Shown: in pieces, positions 1 through 14,239 of the stretch
How positions within the stretch are numbered: position 1 is the stretch's first letter
Layout: the number at the start of each line of letters is the position of its first letter
Made by a program: the position numbers and the translations under genes
Assembly: GCF_006345805.1 (NCBI RefSeq)
Contig: NC_042997.1
Coordinates: forward strand, 190,836,001 to 190,900,000
Reading direction: 5' to 3'
Source of the DNA: Octopus sinensis
Lineage: Eukaryota
Length of the DNA stretch: 64,000 nt
The notes under the pieces: model-generated
Told to the model about the DNA's origin: nothing
Databases searched by the model: none
The model's input: only the letters and a program-made list of their open reading frames with translations

Positions 1-750
1 GGCAGAGGGTGATTTGAGGAACAATTTGACTACTATTTTAAACAGTTTGAGCAATCACATATAAGTTCCATTGTTGTTGTTAATCTTAGCTCCATGTTAA
101 TTCTGATCTAGAATACTCTTGACCAATGACCTTCCAGCAGTAACAATCCCACATTTACCCGTGTAGAGAACCCAAGACTAAACAGTCAAATGTGTCCTTT
201 TCTAAGATGACTTATTAAAGATATTGCAGCTATTTCTAGTGAAAGTGATCAAATTGGATCAGACTGCTTTGGCTTGATTTGATTTAAATGGGGAATGTTC
301 AAAATGTCACTGCATCGATTTTCAGCCTTTCTGTCTCTTTTTAGAGAATTCCAGACTTTCCATGTTAATACGCGAGCAATTTTTCCCACAGCTTACTTGG
401 CCGATTTCTACGAAAAGCTATTTGTCGAAATTTAAAAGCTGGTTATTTACTATCGACTCTCTGTTGAAACTCTCCTCCTCCTCTTACCCAAGTTATTAAT
501 ATCAACTGAAAAACTGAGCCCACATCTTTGAGTGTTACTTAAATATTCTTTTTCCCGTATAATAATATCAGACCTGATTTTTAAGTGTGGATAATATGTC
601 TCTATCTGGGTGATGAGTTGTACAAATCTCGTTTTTCTACACTATTTCGTAGGACTATCATTACTAGTACAGCTTACTTGCAACAGTAATTACGTTTATA
701 GAGAACACGTGCTATCAATATAAATGTGTAAGTATTCTTTTATTTTTTTA

Positions 751-959
751 GTCTTTTATTTATTTGTTTCAGTCATTGGACTGCGGTCATGCTGGAGAAC
801 CGCTTTTAGTCGAGCAAATCGACCCCAGGACTTATTCTTTGTAAGCCTAGTACATATTCTATCGGTCTCTTTTGCCGAACCGCTAAGTGACGGGTACGTA
901 AACAAACCACCATCGGTTGTCACGCGATGTTGGGGCGGGGGGACAAACACAGACACACA

Positions 960-996
<37 letters not shown>

Positions 997-1158
997 GACG
1001 GGCTTCTTTCAGTTTCCGTCTACCAAATCTCACTTACAAAGCTTTGGTCGGCCCGAGGCTATAGTGGAAGACACTTGCCCAAGCTGCCACGCAATGGGAC
1101 TAAATCCGAAACCATGTGGTTGTAAGCAAGCTACTTACCACGCAGCCGCTCATGCGTA
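751..1158 (-). mobile_element. tRNA-headed SINE, family A (head, CORE-like block, central microsatellite, CR1-like tail)
   Basis: Reverse complement matches the copies at 19752, 50023 and 57574: head ggcgcaggagtggctgtgtggtaag, caccttgggcaagtgtctt, tail ggcggtgctccagcatggccgcagtc. Confidence 0.9.
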
Positions 1159-1480
1159 TGGTATGGTAATGCAAACAGGAAAAACAGAACCCAAAATATG
1201 AATATATGTATTTCTTTATGAATATTTTGCAGAAGTAATAAAATGGCTCAAGCGATGAGGGTTTCGTACGTTGGCAGTTACCAAATTTGATAAGTACACA
1301 TGCATGAAACTCTCGGTCGTTGAGTCACTTTCTTGCTTTCGATAAATATTAATATATATGTGTGTGTATGTGTGTGTGTGCGTGTGTGTGTGTGTGTGTG
1401 TGTATGTATATTTATGTATTTATATATACGTATGTATTCATATATATGTACATATATATATGTGTGTGTATATATATAAA

Positions 1481-1805
1481 GGGGTAAAGACTCCCTTCGG
1501 TCAGGCACTGACCATGGGTTTGCACCTAGAGAGATACCCTCTGAGGCACAAGTCTGGGCAAGGTTGTTTTATGGAAGACCAGCAGTCGCCCATGCATACC
1601 GGCCTCCCCTCTCCACGTCACCGATGTTGTCCAAGGGAAAGGCAAGGGCCGATACAGCTTGGCACCTGTGACGTCGCAACTCATTTCTACAGCTGAGTGA
1701 ACTGGAGCAACGTGAAAAAAGAACACAACACGCAGTCCCGTCCGGGATTCGAGCTCACAACTCACGATCGTAAGCTCGACGCTCTAACCACTGAGCCATG
1801 CGCCT

Positions 1806-1809
<4 letters not shown>
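1481..1809 (-). mobile_element. tRNA-derived CORE-type SINE (OR-like, family B)
   Basis: Minus strand reads gtgaaggcgcatggctcagtggttagagcg (A box), gagctcgaatccc (B box), then ttcacgttgctccagttcactcagctgtagaaatg (CORE-like). Confidence 0.85.
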
Positions 1810-1860
<51 letters not shown>

Positions 1861-1959
1861 CCATATATAATATGTATGTATATGTATATATATATATGTA
1901 TATACATTATATGTATGCATATATATGTATATATGTATGTCTCCTTCAAGTAGAGTCGG

Positions 1960-2460
1960 TAAAATCTGTTGCTCTCTGCCGTTCTCAAAAAATAGCGTTC
2001 GTAAAAAAAATTTATCTCGTTTGGCTTAACAGCCCTTCTTGTTTGTGTTACTGTTATTCTCCGTGTCCTGTCTTTTATTGTTTATATTTTGTACTGTCGT
2101 TACTGTCCTGTTTTTGTTACATTTTTACCGCTCCGCAAAAAAAATCTCAAATTTTATTTAATTTGATTTTCGCGGGAAGGAAATTTTCATTGAAGTCATG
2201 TATCGCCTTGACCTTCGAAACGTGGAGTAGATGAAATTAAGGTGACTGAAGAAGGCGAATTTTCCTTGTTTTGTATGTCCTGTACTCTATTTTTTCGTAG
2301 TTTAAAAAAATGTCCATTTCCTTGGTTTTGTGTTTATGTTTTCGTTTCTCATTGTGTTCGAGGTTTTTTGGTGTCCTGTACCCATATATGCATGTATATA
2401 TACATGTAGAGGTAGGTAGTACATATTTATATGTATATATGCATATGTTTTATTTATTAT
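1960..2460 (+). repeat. Penelope-like terminal-repeat family copy with degenerate hammerhead-like motif
   Basis: Homologous to 8900-9365 and to the reverse complement of 22510-22980; contains ccttcgaaac and ctgaagaaggcgaattttccttg...atgtcctgtac. Confidence 0.6.
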
Positions 2461-2648
2461 TAATATATATATATATGTATATGTATATATACATGTATAT
2501 GTATGTATATATATATGTATTATATATGTATATATATATATATATGTATATATTATATATATATGTATATATATATATGGTATATATGTATGTATATATG
2601 TATGTATATATGTATGTATATATATATATATATATGTATTACATTATG

Positions 2649-2689
<41 letters not shown>

Positions 2690-2755
2690 GTATATATCTA
2701 TATATATATGTATAATATATATGTATATATATATATGTATATATGTATGTATATG

Positions 2756-2805
<50 letters not shown>

Positions 2806-2950
2806 TATATGTATATATATAAATATTATATATATATGTATATATATATATATGTACATATATGTATATATATAAATATTATATATATATATATATATAT
2901 GGTGGTGTGTGTTGTGTAATATATATATATGTATATGCGTGTGTGTGTGT
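2400..2950. repeat. Compound (TA)n/(TATG)n microsatellite
   Basis: Seen directly in the sequence. Confidence 0.95.
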
Positions 2951-3487
2951 TTGTGTGTATACTAAACAAATATTTGCAAAATATATTTGCATTCAGTATT
3001 TTGTGAAAACGCAATTTCCAATTTTAAGTCAATTTAAGCCTGTTAAATATCCAACAGCATAACAGAACCACTGCTTCAAACATAGCATTTATTGATTACA
3101 AACAAAGGCACAAGTTTTCAAAATTGGGGAAAAGGAACAGTCATTTATACAGAACCCTTGTAATCGACTGACATTTTAGCTTATCGATCCCGGAAGGATG
3201 AAATCTAAATTTGACCTCAGTGTAAACTGAATTCAAAGCAAAATTGCCGCAACAGAATACCGCAAAGAATTTTGTCCCACGCTGTAACCTTTGCGTCAGT
3301 TAGTGATTGGATGTGCAGAATTGAGTGACCTCTTCTAATGCGCAAATACTGTAGTTGTAACTCACGCATAGTTTCATACAAAAATGGTGTTTCTATGTAA
3401 AAAAAAAAAATAACGTGTTGAAGACTTGAAAACATTTCAAGTTTCCACTATTAAAACAAATTTCACCCAACTGCTTCGAGATCAGAG

Positions 3488-3895
3488 AAACAGAAGAAGA
3501 AATGAAAGAAGACGAAAAGAAGGAAGAAGAGAAGAAAAGAAAAGAAGAAGAGCAGAGAAGAAGAAGAAGAAGAAAAGAGGAAGAAGAAGAGAGAAGAAGA
3601 AGAAGAAGAGAGAAGAAGAAGAAAGAAGAAGAAGAAGAGAAGAAGAGAAGAAGAAGAAGAAGAAGAAGAAGAAGAAAAGAAAGAGAGAAGAAGAAGAAGA
3701 AGAAGAAGAAGAAGAAGAAGAAAGAAGAAGAAGAAGAACAGAAGAAGAACGAACAGAACAGAAGAGAAAAAGAAAAAGGAAGAAGAAGAAGAAAAAGAGA
3801 GAAGAAGAAGAAGAGAAAAGAAGAAGAAGAAGAAGAGAGAAGAAGAAGAAAAGAAGAAGAAGAAGAAGAGAAGAAGAGAAGAAGAAGAGAAGAAG

Positions 3896-3927
<32 letters not shown>

Positions 3928-3930
3928 GAG
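3488..3930. repeat. Degenerate (GAA)n polypurine tract ending in (ACA)n
   Basis: Seen directly; explains the K/E/R-rich and L/F/S-rich ORFs. Confidence 0.95.
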
Positions 3931-4029
3931 GAGGAGAGAAGAAGAGGAAATCCTTTCTGCTATGGGCACAGGGCCAGCCTGGAATTTGGTGGGGTGGGAA
4001 TAGTCTATTACATCGATCACAGAGCATGT

Positions 4030-4170
4030 CTTGTGCTTATTTCATCATCTCCGAAGAACGAAAGGCAAAAGGTGACCTCAACGAAATTTGAGCTCAGAAC
4101 GTAATGCCCAAAGAAATGCCGCTAAGTATTTTTGTCCGATGCGCTAACGATTCCGCCAGCTCGCTGCCTA
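4030..4170 (-). mobile_element. Meta-domain-like SINE (family C), degenerate
   Basis: Reverse complement of the ggcggcgagctggcagaatcgttagc head and gtcgactttgcctttcatcc block. Confidence 0.75.
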
Positions 4171-5051
4171 ACCACAGCATCATATGAACGTTATTCTAAA
4201 TGAAAACGAGACTCTCTTTTTTAGAAAGTTACAAATTATGATAGACAGAAACACGGCAAACTTTCAAATTTGTTTTTGTCTCGTTTTGCTTTGTGTTGTT
4301 TTTGTTTTTGTTTTTTATTTTTTTATTTTTTTTTGCTTTTTCTATTCTATTCTATTCTTTTCTTCCAGAAAACGAGATACAGTTTCCTGTAACATTTGAC
4401 ATTTTCGAAAAAAACCTTTAGCGGCTGTATTCATTCCAAATGAAATAAAAACCCGTAATATTCCAACAATAACAATCACGCCTTGAAATACTCTTTGAAA
4501 AAGAAAAATTCTTCTAAAATAGTATAGCCAAGAAATATTTTGCGCCTAGTATAATTTCCTGGTTATTGGAATATTAATTGCACCCAGGTTGCCTTCACTG
4601 GTTCGCTGATGGCCTTCTTTCTTGAATTCCTTGCACTTGCTGTCTTCAGAATTTGGTGTCAGTTCTTCAGTCTGGGAAACGCTATCTCGGGTGGACATTT
4701 GCTACGCTAGACTTCATTTACTCGTATTATAAACTAAACGACAGCATAGATCACGCGTGAAAATTACAAATTTGGCATCGTCACATGTTTCACACATACA
4801 TATACATGTATGTGCGTGTGAGAGTATGTGTGTGCGTGTATGTGTGTGTGTGTGCACTCGCATACACACACACACACACACAAATACACACATGTGTACG
4901 TATGTATGCAAATATATACATGTGTATATATTTATATATCTATGAGCATTTTTATTGACATTTAGCAGAAACAAAAGAGTGACTCAAGCGTCGAGAGTTT
5001 CGTGCGTTGGCACTTATCAATCCAACATCTATGAATATGTATAGAGACAGG

Positions 5052-5064
5052 GATAGATAGATAA

Positions 5065-5129
<65 letters not shown>

Positions 5130-5201
5130 GAGATAGATAGATAGATGATAGATAGATAGATAGATAGATAGATGGACGGATAGACAGACAGACAGACAGA
5201 C

Positions 5202-5290
<89 letters not shown>
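5052..5290. repeat. (GATA)n microsatellite, left flank of the Tx1 element
   Basis: Seen directly. Confidence 0.95.
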
Positions 5291-7766
5291 TGTTTATTAG
5301 CCACACAGGGCTGCACACAGATAGAACAAATTACAAGGTAGAGCTTTTCTTTTGAAGGTTTAAAAAAAAAAAAGAACAAAAGGAAGGGGGAGTTTCGATC
5401 AAAAGGGATCGTAAAGGAGAGAGAGAGAAAGGAGGACAAAAAAAGGGGGGTTAAAAAAAAGGGGGAGAGGAAAAAAAAAATTGATCAATAAGGATTGTTA
5501 TCACAGAAATGTCAATATGAAGTGTAAAGGGAGGACAGGTGAGGTTTACCCGTGAAAGAAAAGCCTACGGAAAATACCACGGTAACCTCGGTCAATGGAG
5601 TCACATGTTATATTTCTTTTTTTTTTTTTTTGCGAATAAGCAACTCTCTGTTTTCAATTTCTGGGTTCATAGGATCATGTCAAGGTGGCTTCGTCATTCA
5701 TACGTGCCATTCTTGCTACATTCACCCATCTTTTTTAAAACATTCGCTAGACAAAATTGCCTCTCTACTCTCACTTTCCTTTTCAAGTGGTACTTGAAGA
5801 AGTTGATGAGAGATTGACCAGAGAGGAAAGTGTTTGTCTCCAATCCTTTCAGACGCGTCCACCAGATACATTCTTTCGCCATAGCCACAAGGATGATGAA
5901 AATAAGCTCTTCCTTCCGTTTGAAGGAAGGAGGCGTGACAATATTGACGATAGACTCAGCTGATAAACCGACTCGTCCCACACGTGACAGCAGTTGTTCG
6001 ACATAAGCCCACAGGTCGGAAATTGTTGGACACTGCACGAGTGCGTGCAGAACGGTTTCGTCGCTCTGACCGCATCTCGGGCAGGTCGGCCCCGTGTTTC
6101 TCGAGCCATGCCTATAGAGCTTATCCCGAAACGGGTTGCGCTTCTCGGTTAGCATGCCAGGTCAGGGATTCTGGAAGTTGTCCATGGGCCCTAGCCCGAA
6201 AGTCGTCCTGAAACCTCGTCGACGTCCAGGTTCGCCCGAGCTCGTCGTCGTACCTCCCCTCCACTAAACCCATATAGAATGCTTTGGTTGTGTTGAAGTC
6301 ACTCAAGGTCGACCCAGGAGGCAGAGTTGCTTGAGAGCAACGCGACACTCGCGGTGCCATTCGCCCTTCCTCGGCCTCTTTTTGATCCACGACTGCAGTT
6401 CGGTCATGGAGACGAGCTGCGGGAAAGCGTGCCTCACAAACGGCGACCACACCTGTTCACCGTCGTTACATAGAGAGCCAGAGATGTCGCAGTCTCAGCG
6501 CGTCGTGTCTGCGCATCATCAACCACGGTATGCCCAGCCCTCCTTTTAACGGGTTGTTGACAGCAAATGGATCGCCTGACCATCGGGACGCATCCTTCAC
6601 CAAGAAGCGAAAGAGAATGCGTTGTAGTTTGGTGATGGTAGGTCGGGCAAGGGGACGACGGTCAGGTGGTAGTAGATGACGGACGGCGCGTTGTACGTGT
6701 TCGCCACCTCCGCCCGACCTTTTAGGGACAGTTTCCTCTCGGCCCATTGCGGGCCGAGAGTGACCACCCTACTCGTTATCTCGTTCCAGTTCTTCTCCAC
6801 TTGGAGGTCCGGACCAAACCAGACCCCGAGCAACTCAACCGGGCGTCGGTCCAGCGTCCCACGACGGAGGCGCTGGTGGACGGCATGGGCTTGCTTCTCC
6901 AGGTGCCTAGTCGCAAGCCCACTGACTTTTCCCGGTTGATTTTCGCTCCTGTCACGCTTCGTAGTTTTCAGTGTCTCGCCGACCTGCTCGATGTGCTCGT
7001 GGCTAGACACTATGACGGTGACGTCGTCCGCGTATGCAGACACGCTCGTCCCGCATCCCAGTTCTCGCGGGATGCCTCTCAAGGTTGCCAGCTTCCGCAA
7101 TAATGGCTCGAGAGTCAATACGTATAGAAGCGACGAGAGGGGGCATCCCTGACGGACCGAATGTGCGATGTCGAAGGGTCTCGATAGATGTCCATTCACG
7201 CGAATTACCGAACGGATGCCTCTGTACAAAGCGGCTATCCAGCCGCGGAAGACGGGACCGAAGCCAGCCGCCCTACGAGGACCGCCTCCAAGTATCGATG
7301 GTCCACCCTATCGAAAGCTTTCGATTGATCCAAATTGATCAGCGCCCCACCCATGCCAGGTTCGTTAACTACCCTGTCTATGATGTAGCGCATCAGGTGG
7401 AGGTTGTCATGGATGGTCCGCCTGGCACGGCGCATGTTTGCGCCTTGTCGACCAGTTTCTCGATGACAAGCGCCAACCTCTTGGCCTAGCACCTTGGCCA
7501 AAATTTTCAAGTCTGCATTAAGCAGAGTGATGGGCCTAAAGTTATCTATTACATTCCCTTGTTTAGATCTTTCTTCAGCAGTGTTACGGCTCCTCGGCTC
7601 ACAAAACCAGGAATGCTCCCGTTTTGCTGCCAGTTGCAGTACACCGCCGCCAAGAGATCTCCAAACAAGTCTGGCATACAATGTAAAGCTCGTAGGGTGG
7701 TAGACCATCAAACCCGGTGATTTGTCCCCCGAGCATTCTGCCATCGCTTCCTGCACTTCCGCCGAG

Positions 7767-7767
<1 letters not shown>
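5291..7767 (-). mobile_element. 5'-truncated Tx1/L1-clade non-LTR retrotransposon (RT, C-terminal CCHC finger, 3' UTR), frameshifted
   Basis: RT motifs in split minus-strand ORFs: KSPG, NFRPITLLNADLKILAKVL, LDQSKAFDRVDH, VRQGCPLSSLLYVL, AYADDV; CPRCGQSDETVLHALVQC; AATAAA at 5293-5298 (minus) directly before (TCTA)n. Confidence 0.92.
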
Positions 7768-8012
<245 letters not shown>

Positions 8013-8229
8013 GACTTGGAGCTGTCCAGAGTTCTAAAATTTGTTCCAAAACATATTTCTTCTACAAACTTAGAAAAAGCATTTTTCATTTATGCTGTTC
8101 GTCGACGACTTTTATTTTAATAGAAACTATATATTTACATTAAAAATCTCTAGAAAAGCTGGTACTTCATTGTGGAGTCTCCTACCACTGACGGCAGATG
8201 ACGGTTCTGAAATTTTTGCTGTATAACCA

Positions 8230-8460
8230 GAGCAAATGATTTGCTAAAGTAATGAATTGTTATTTGGCTGCACATTGAGCTCACTCACTCCATTAAATCA
8301 ACAATGACTGTGCAGGGGCACCGTGTGCCACACACCAGATGCCGAAGTAATCGCAGTGCAACATAAGATGAAGTCTTTTGTTCCACCCAGTTCGGGAATC
8401 GAAAGTACGATCTCGTGGTCGTTAGTACAACGCCCTACCCAACATACCACGCGCCCTCAC
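8230..8460 (-). mobile_element. Old tRNA-derived SINE remnant
   Basis: Minus strand starts gtgagggcgcgtggtatgttgggtagggcg...ttcgattccc, a decayed family B-like head. Confidence 0.55.
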
Positions 8461-8899
8461 ATTTCCTATTCAGCTATAGATACCTCGGTGGATTTGAGAT
8501 TAATGATATGAGTTAGCATGAATCGGTTAGAAAATATAGAGTATATAATGGTTCGTTGATTTGGAGATTAAAATGTTTCTTGGTAGACGAGAGTTCTTCG
8601 GTGATGAAAAAATGCAGTGAGAAATAAGAATAAAATAGTGCAATGTCAAGGACTAAACTAGAGGTGGGGCGGGATGCGGGTACCTTGCTTATATTTAAAT
8701 GCAGCACTGAATTAAGAATAATCTCATAAGGCCTCATTAGAGCCGTATGGTCAAGAAGTTTGCGTTGTCATCTCGTGGCTTCTGATTCGTTACTATTTTA
8801 ATCTGGAAACTATGACTGAGACGGAAACTATGCGAAATGCCGTCCTTTTGTATTCGTATATGTGCGTATGTGTGTGTGTATTTTTACAAGTGAAGACAA

Positions 8900-9365
8900 C
8901 AACGTGCTTATACTGTCTCCTCTCATAAGCTCGTCCTCCTAGCGTTCAGAACAATGTTTCCATTGTCTTGGCTTAACAACCCTCAACGTTTGTTTTTACT
9001 GTTTTGTTCTCACTGTCCTGTTCTTGTTACCACTTTCACTCTCCGCAAAAAATCCCAAATTTTATTTAATTTGCTTTGCGGGTAGGACTGTTTCAACGAA
9101 GTCGCATATTGTCCTTACCTTCGAAATGCGGAGTAGATGAAACGAGACATACAACTTTATGTTGTATGTCTCGTTTCACTGTTTGTTTTTTCGTTGCTCG
9201 AAAAAAAGATCATTTCTCTGTTTTTGGTTTTGTGTTTTCGTCTCTCATTGTGTTCAATGTTTTTTTATGTCCTGTACCCATATATGCATATATATATACA
9301 TATATATGTAAGCATGTACATATATGTATGTATATATGCATATATTTTTATATTATTTATATTAT
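8900..9365 (+). repeat. Penelope-like terminal-repeat family copy
   Basis: Colinear homology to 1960-2460 (cttggcttaacaaccc, ccgcaaaaaatcccaaattttatttaatttg, ccttcgaaa, tgtcctgtacccatatatgcat). Confidence 0.6.
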
Positions 9366-10111
9366 TATATATATATAATGTATATATTAGAGAGAGAGAG
9401 AGAGTGAGACATACATACGTAAAATACATATATACAGTGTGTGTAGATGTGGGTGTGGATGTATGCACGTATATATGTATGTGCAGTCTTATAAATTATG
9501 TATACAATGTAAATGTCTGTATAATAGATTGTCTATTTTCATTGTAAAGACTTTATATATATAGAACGCAGAAGAAAAATATACATTAGTAAAAAGCAAA
9601 AAAAAATAATAAACTGACAACTGACCTTTTAACGATATTAAGAATTTAAACATTATAATAATTAAAATACTACATAATCAATAAATATTTTGATTAAAAA
9701 ATCCACACTTCTAGAAGTTCGTACTAAAGCTGCATAAAACCTGACAGGTTTCTGGACTAAAAAGATGTCGGTAATGTTAAGAATTACCTTTAGTCTGTAA
9801 TATCTCGACTTAAGTTTTGTTCATGGACGTGTAAACGATCATGGAGTTCACCTCTTGCAGGTCGGAACATAAATGAACAATTTATTTTAACTCAAGTTTC
9901 ATATGTACATATATGAGTGTTTGTGTGAGCGTAAATGTTTAAAAATGCCTTCTTCCTTCTTTCCCATCAGTCTGAAAAGACCTGTAAAGAAGCATGGATG
10001 CTGCTTTTCCTCCTGACCAACTGCCAAAAGATACAACACGTCAATGAACAACTTACAAATAAAAAAGAACAAATGGGTTACCAAAACTTGCGAATAATGT
10101 GTGTGCGTTTG

Positions 10112-10162
<51 letters not shown>

Positions 10163-10199
10163 ACACGCTTATGTGTGCGTATATATATATATATAGTTC

Positions 10200-11365
10200 A
10201 AATTTATAGAAAAACAAACACGGAGACAGGTGTAAGAACAACAAGCAAGTGTGTTAGCTCGATACTCGGGAAAAACAGAAATGTCTTAATGTTTCGAGCC
10301 TACGCTCTTCGGCAGAAAGGAATAAGAGGATATAAATAGAGAGAGACTGAAAAAAGCGTGTTGAGTTCAGTGGTCCAACATGGCGCTGATTGGAAAAGAA
10401 GCGTTTGAATAAAACAGAGATAATAATAAAGAGAGGTTGAATGATGGGGAGATAATTCATAGTGATCCCAACAAGAAGAAGTGCGCATATGTGTATGTGT
10501 GTGTGAAAATAGCGTGTGTAAGTGTGTATGTGTGAATGGGGGCGAGTGAGTTTGACATGTGTGTGTGTGTAACGTGTATGGGTTGTTTATGTGTGTGTTG
10601 TGTGTAGAAGTTGGTGTGCTTTTTCACGTGTTGTGTGTGTTCACATGTGTATGTTTGTGTGTGTGTCACAGTGACCAAATAGTGTGCATGTGCATAGAGT
10701 ATGTATGTGGGCGAAAGTTATCTTTATCTATGTGTGTGTGTATCTATGTATGAGTAGATACCGTCTGTGTTCAGGTATTATGTGTTTGCGTGAGTGTGGG
10801 AGTGTGCATGACGGTGTGTGGTGTATGTACTGAGTTAAACAGTGTGTGGGGTGCTCATATAGTAGTATGTGTAGTAACGCTATTGAAGATTGTGTGTGGG
10901 TGGATCATGGCGTGTTGTCTGGGTGCTGAGAAGCGTATGGAGTGGGAAGGTGTTGTGGATGTAGGTGTAATTGTGTGTTGAACAGTGTGTATGGGTGTGT
11001 GTATAGTGGTGCGTGTGAGTGAGGGTACTGAGTTGGGCTGTATGCATGTGTATAGGTGGAATGTGTGGGAGGTGAGAGGAAATTCGTGTGGGATTGGTGT
11101 CAAATATTGAAGAGCGGAGGTTAGGTTGGTGTCAGATGAAGAGAGGAGGTGAGTTGAGCCCATGTGGTGCAAATGAACGAAGAGAGAAGATTAATTTCAG
11201 TTCACGGCGAAAGCGGGAGTCCGGGTGGCCCCTGTGCAGAAACAGTCCCGAACACAGACAGATGCTGTAGCTAATGACCGGTGGAGCCGAAGTGGAGCAA
11301 GACGGGGTGTCATTGCTGAGTCTGATGTTCCGGAAAGGCTCCACAGAAATTATCTCCAAATACCT
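10200..11365 (-). mobile_element. Penelope-like element 3' end: GIY-YIG C-terminus, low-complexity spacer and terminal repeat with hammerhead motif
   Basis: Minus translation PVLLHFGSTGH*LQHLSVFG then (frameshift) LFLHRGHPDSRFRRELKLIFSLRSFAPHGLN fits the PLE endonuclease C-terminal R..E..I..L...P.GLN motif; hammerhead-like motif on the same strand at 10285-10319. Confidence 0.75.
10285..10319 (-). ncRNA. Minimal hammerhead ribozyme motif with mutated core (CUGCCGA)
   Basis: cttt-CTGCCGA-a-GAGC-gtag-GCTC-GAAA-catt-aaga. Confidence 0.65.
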
Positions 11366-12339
11366 CGTTTCGTGTAACGATAATGCCTCCAGAGAAATTT
11401 TGTTTAAGACCTCCAGCATTGCGGCTTTACAATATATCTTGTGTTTTTATTGTATGTTAGCTAAAGGTTGCTATAGTGAACATGGTAGTCAATCTTCAGA
11501 TAACACAAAGGCAACAATTTTCCTGTATTTTTCCAAATTACAGATACTACCTGTTGGTCATAATTCCTGACGGATGTGTCACCATTTTATTTATTTATTT
11601 ATTTATCTCTGTGACGGGATCAGGAATTGAATTGAACTCAGAACGCACAAAGATGGTATAGGCCATCCCTTCCCACGCTCTAACAATTCCGCTTATCTTC
11701 TCGTCTCGACCGGTACTCTATTTTATCAACCCACGAAGGATAAGAGACAAAATTGATCTTGGTAGGATTTGAACACAGAGAGTTGTCACAAAAACCGCAA
11801 GGTATTCTATCCAACGCTATAACACCAGGCCAATTTGCCGTCGTTCATGTAAACAAATTTATTTTCAATGATTTACTTTCTTCGGTCTGCAGATGAAGAG
11901 AATCGATGTATGAATATATCTTATATGCTTTTTACTTTCTAGTAACATAATTGTGTCCAGAATAGAAGAAGAAAATGAATTTAGTTTTAAAATGTGTGCA
12001 TCGAAAATACGTAAGATTTTTCCGAAACTCATTATAATTAAATTCTAGTTTTTATCTGTAGTTTTTATCAAAAGTCCAGCGACGAAACTTTTTCCTACTT
12101 AAAAACAAATCAGCCCACTTCATTATCAGAAAAAAGCAAAAATTTAATAAAGCAGACATGCATGCGTACACTTATACACACTCACTCACACACACACGTA
12201 CACGTACACATGTCGATACACATACACTTAGACAGCCATGTATAGAAACATGTACAAGGATATTAATGTTTATGGGTATTTATGAACTGTGGACAGATGC
12301 ATGGGTGCTCGTATATTTTCGCACATGTGCATGTTTGGT

Positions 12340-12360
12340 AATATATACATACATATATTA

Positions 12361-12394
<34 letters not shown>

Positions 12395-12519
12395 CTTAGA
12401 TAGATAGATAGATTAATATCCTGAACGCATATATATATTGCCCGTATATATTATGCAGGTACGTAGTATATATATATATATATTATATTATATATATATA
12501 TATATATTATTAGTATATA

Positions 12520-12551
<32 letters not shown>

Positions 12552-12717
12552 ATGTATATGTGTGTGTATATATATATATATATAGATATATATATATATA
12601 TATGTATCTGTGTATATATAGTATATATATATATATATATATGTATATGTGTATATATATATATATATGTATATGTGTATATATATATATAATATGTGTA
12701 TATATATTATATATCTA

Positions 12718-12772
<55 letters not shown>

Positions 12773-13215
12773 TGTATATGGTATATATATATATATGTAT
12801 ATGTGTATATTATATATACTATATATATATGTATATGTGTATATATATATTGTATATGTGTATATATATATATATATATAATATAATATATATATATATA
12901 TAGTATATGTGTATATATATATATATATGTATATGTGTATATTATATATATATATATATATATGTATATGTGTATATATATATATATATATAATATATTA
13001 TATATATAGTGTAATTAATAGATATATAATATAATAATATTATATTATATGTATATGTGTATATATATACATATATAGATTATATATATATATTATATAT
13101 GTATATATATTATATATATACTATATATATAATATATATATATATATATATGTATATGTGTATATATAACATATATATATATAATATTATTTATATTTTT
13201 TATATTATATATATA

Positions 13216-13262
<47 letters not shown>

Positions 13263-13316
13263 TGTATATATATATACTATATATGAATGATTATGTATAT
13301 ATATATATAATATATA

Positions 13317-13352
<36 letters not shown>
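12340..13352. repeat. About 1 kb of compound (TA)n/(TATG) microsatellite
   Basis: Seen directly. Confidence 0.95.
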
Positions 13353-13355
<3 letters not shown>

Positions 13356-14239
13356 TCGGGAATAACTACTTAAGAATATCTTTAAATACCCTTATGCAAA
13401 AAGTCGGTGTTTCTCTCATAGGTTCATGAAAAATTAATGTGAAAAGAAATATTTATTCGCCTCCAGCAAGAAGGGAACATATTATTAGTTAAGTATGTTC
13501 AAAACAAAAGCCAAACAAAAAAAAGTAATTCATAAAATAATAGCTACAAAAACAAACAAACAGAAACAATACTACAAAAAAAAAACACATATTACTTTAA
13601 GCCAAAAAGTACTAAATAAATATCTGCACGTAAGAAATCTAAAATTTTGACTCTTTGTAACTATGCTTTTCACTTCCATGACAATTTTACATTTAAACGA
13701 ACTTATCAATCAATGTACATTTATTTGCCAAATGGTCCAAGTTGTTTTTTCGTTGTTCTTGTGTTTTGTTCTTTGGGTTTTTATTGTCGTTGTATATTTT
13801 AAAATTTTATTTAGTTATTTATTTAGCATTTATAAATAACAGGCAAAACATTAGTGTACAGCACCGTACGCACGGACGTAAGAACCGCAAAAGAGCGTAA
13901 ATGTGTATGCGATCAGAAGAAACCTGCTTGTTGAGGCCTACACCCGTGTGCGCGTATGCAGCTGTACTTCTGTGTGGATGCATACGCGCAGATGTGCATA
14001 CGTATGTGCATACGCAGATGTACATACGTATATGCATATGTGCGTGCATTTTGGCTTTTGTGTCTGTATATTCGTGCGTATGAGATATACGTCTCCGGGT
14101 TTTTGTGTGTTCATATATGAATAAATGTGCGTGAAATATAGCATTTATATATGATAGTGTTTATGTCTGTCCTATACAGTCATTCAAGTTTAAGTATGTA
14201 TATGCGTATGATCTGTGCATGCATACGTATATAAGTCTC

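Noticed and set aside
3426-4104. 181-221 aa K/E/R-rich or L/F/S-rich ORFs
   Set aside because: Stop-free (GAA)n tract open in several frames on both strands.
9760-9870. Splice-flanked segment on the minus strand
   Set aside because: Stops in all frames and no supporting neighbouring exons.
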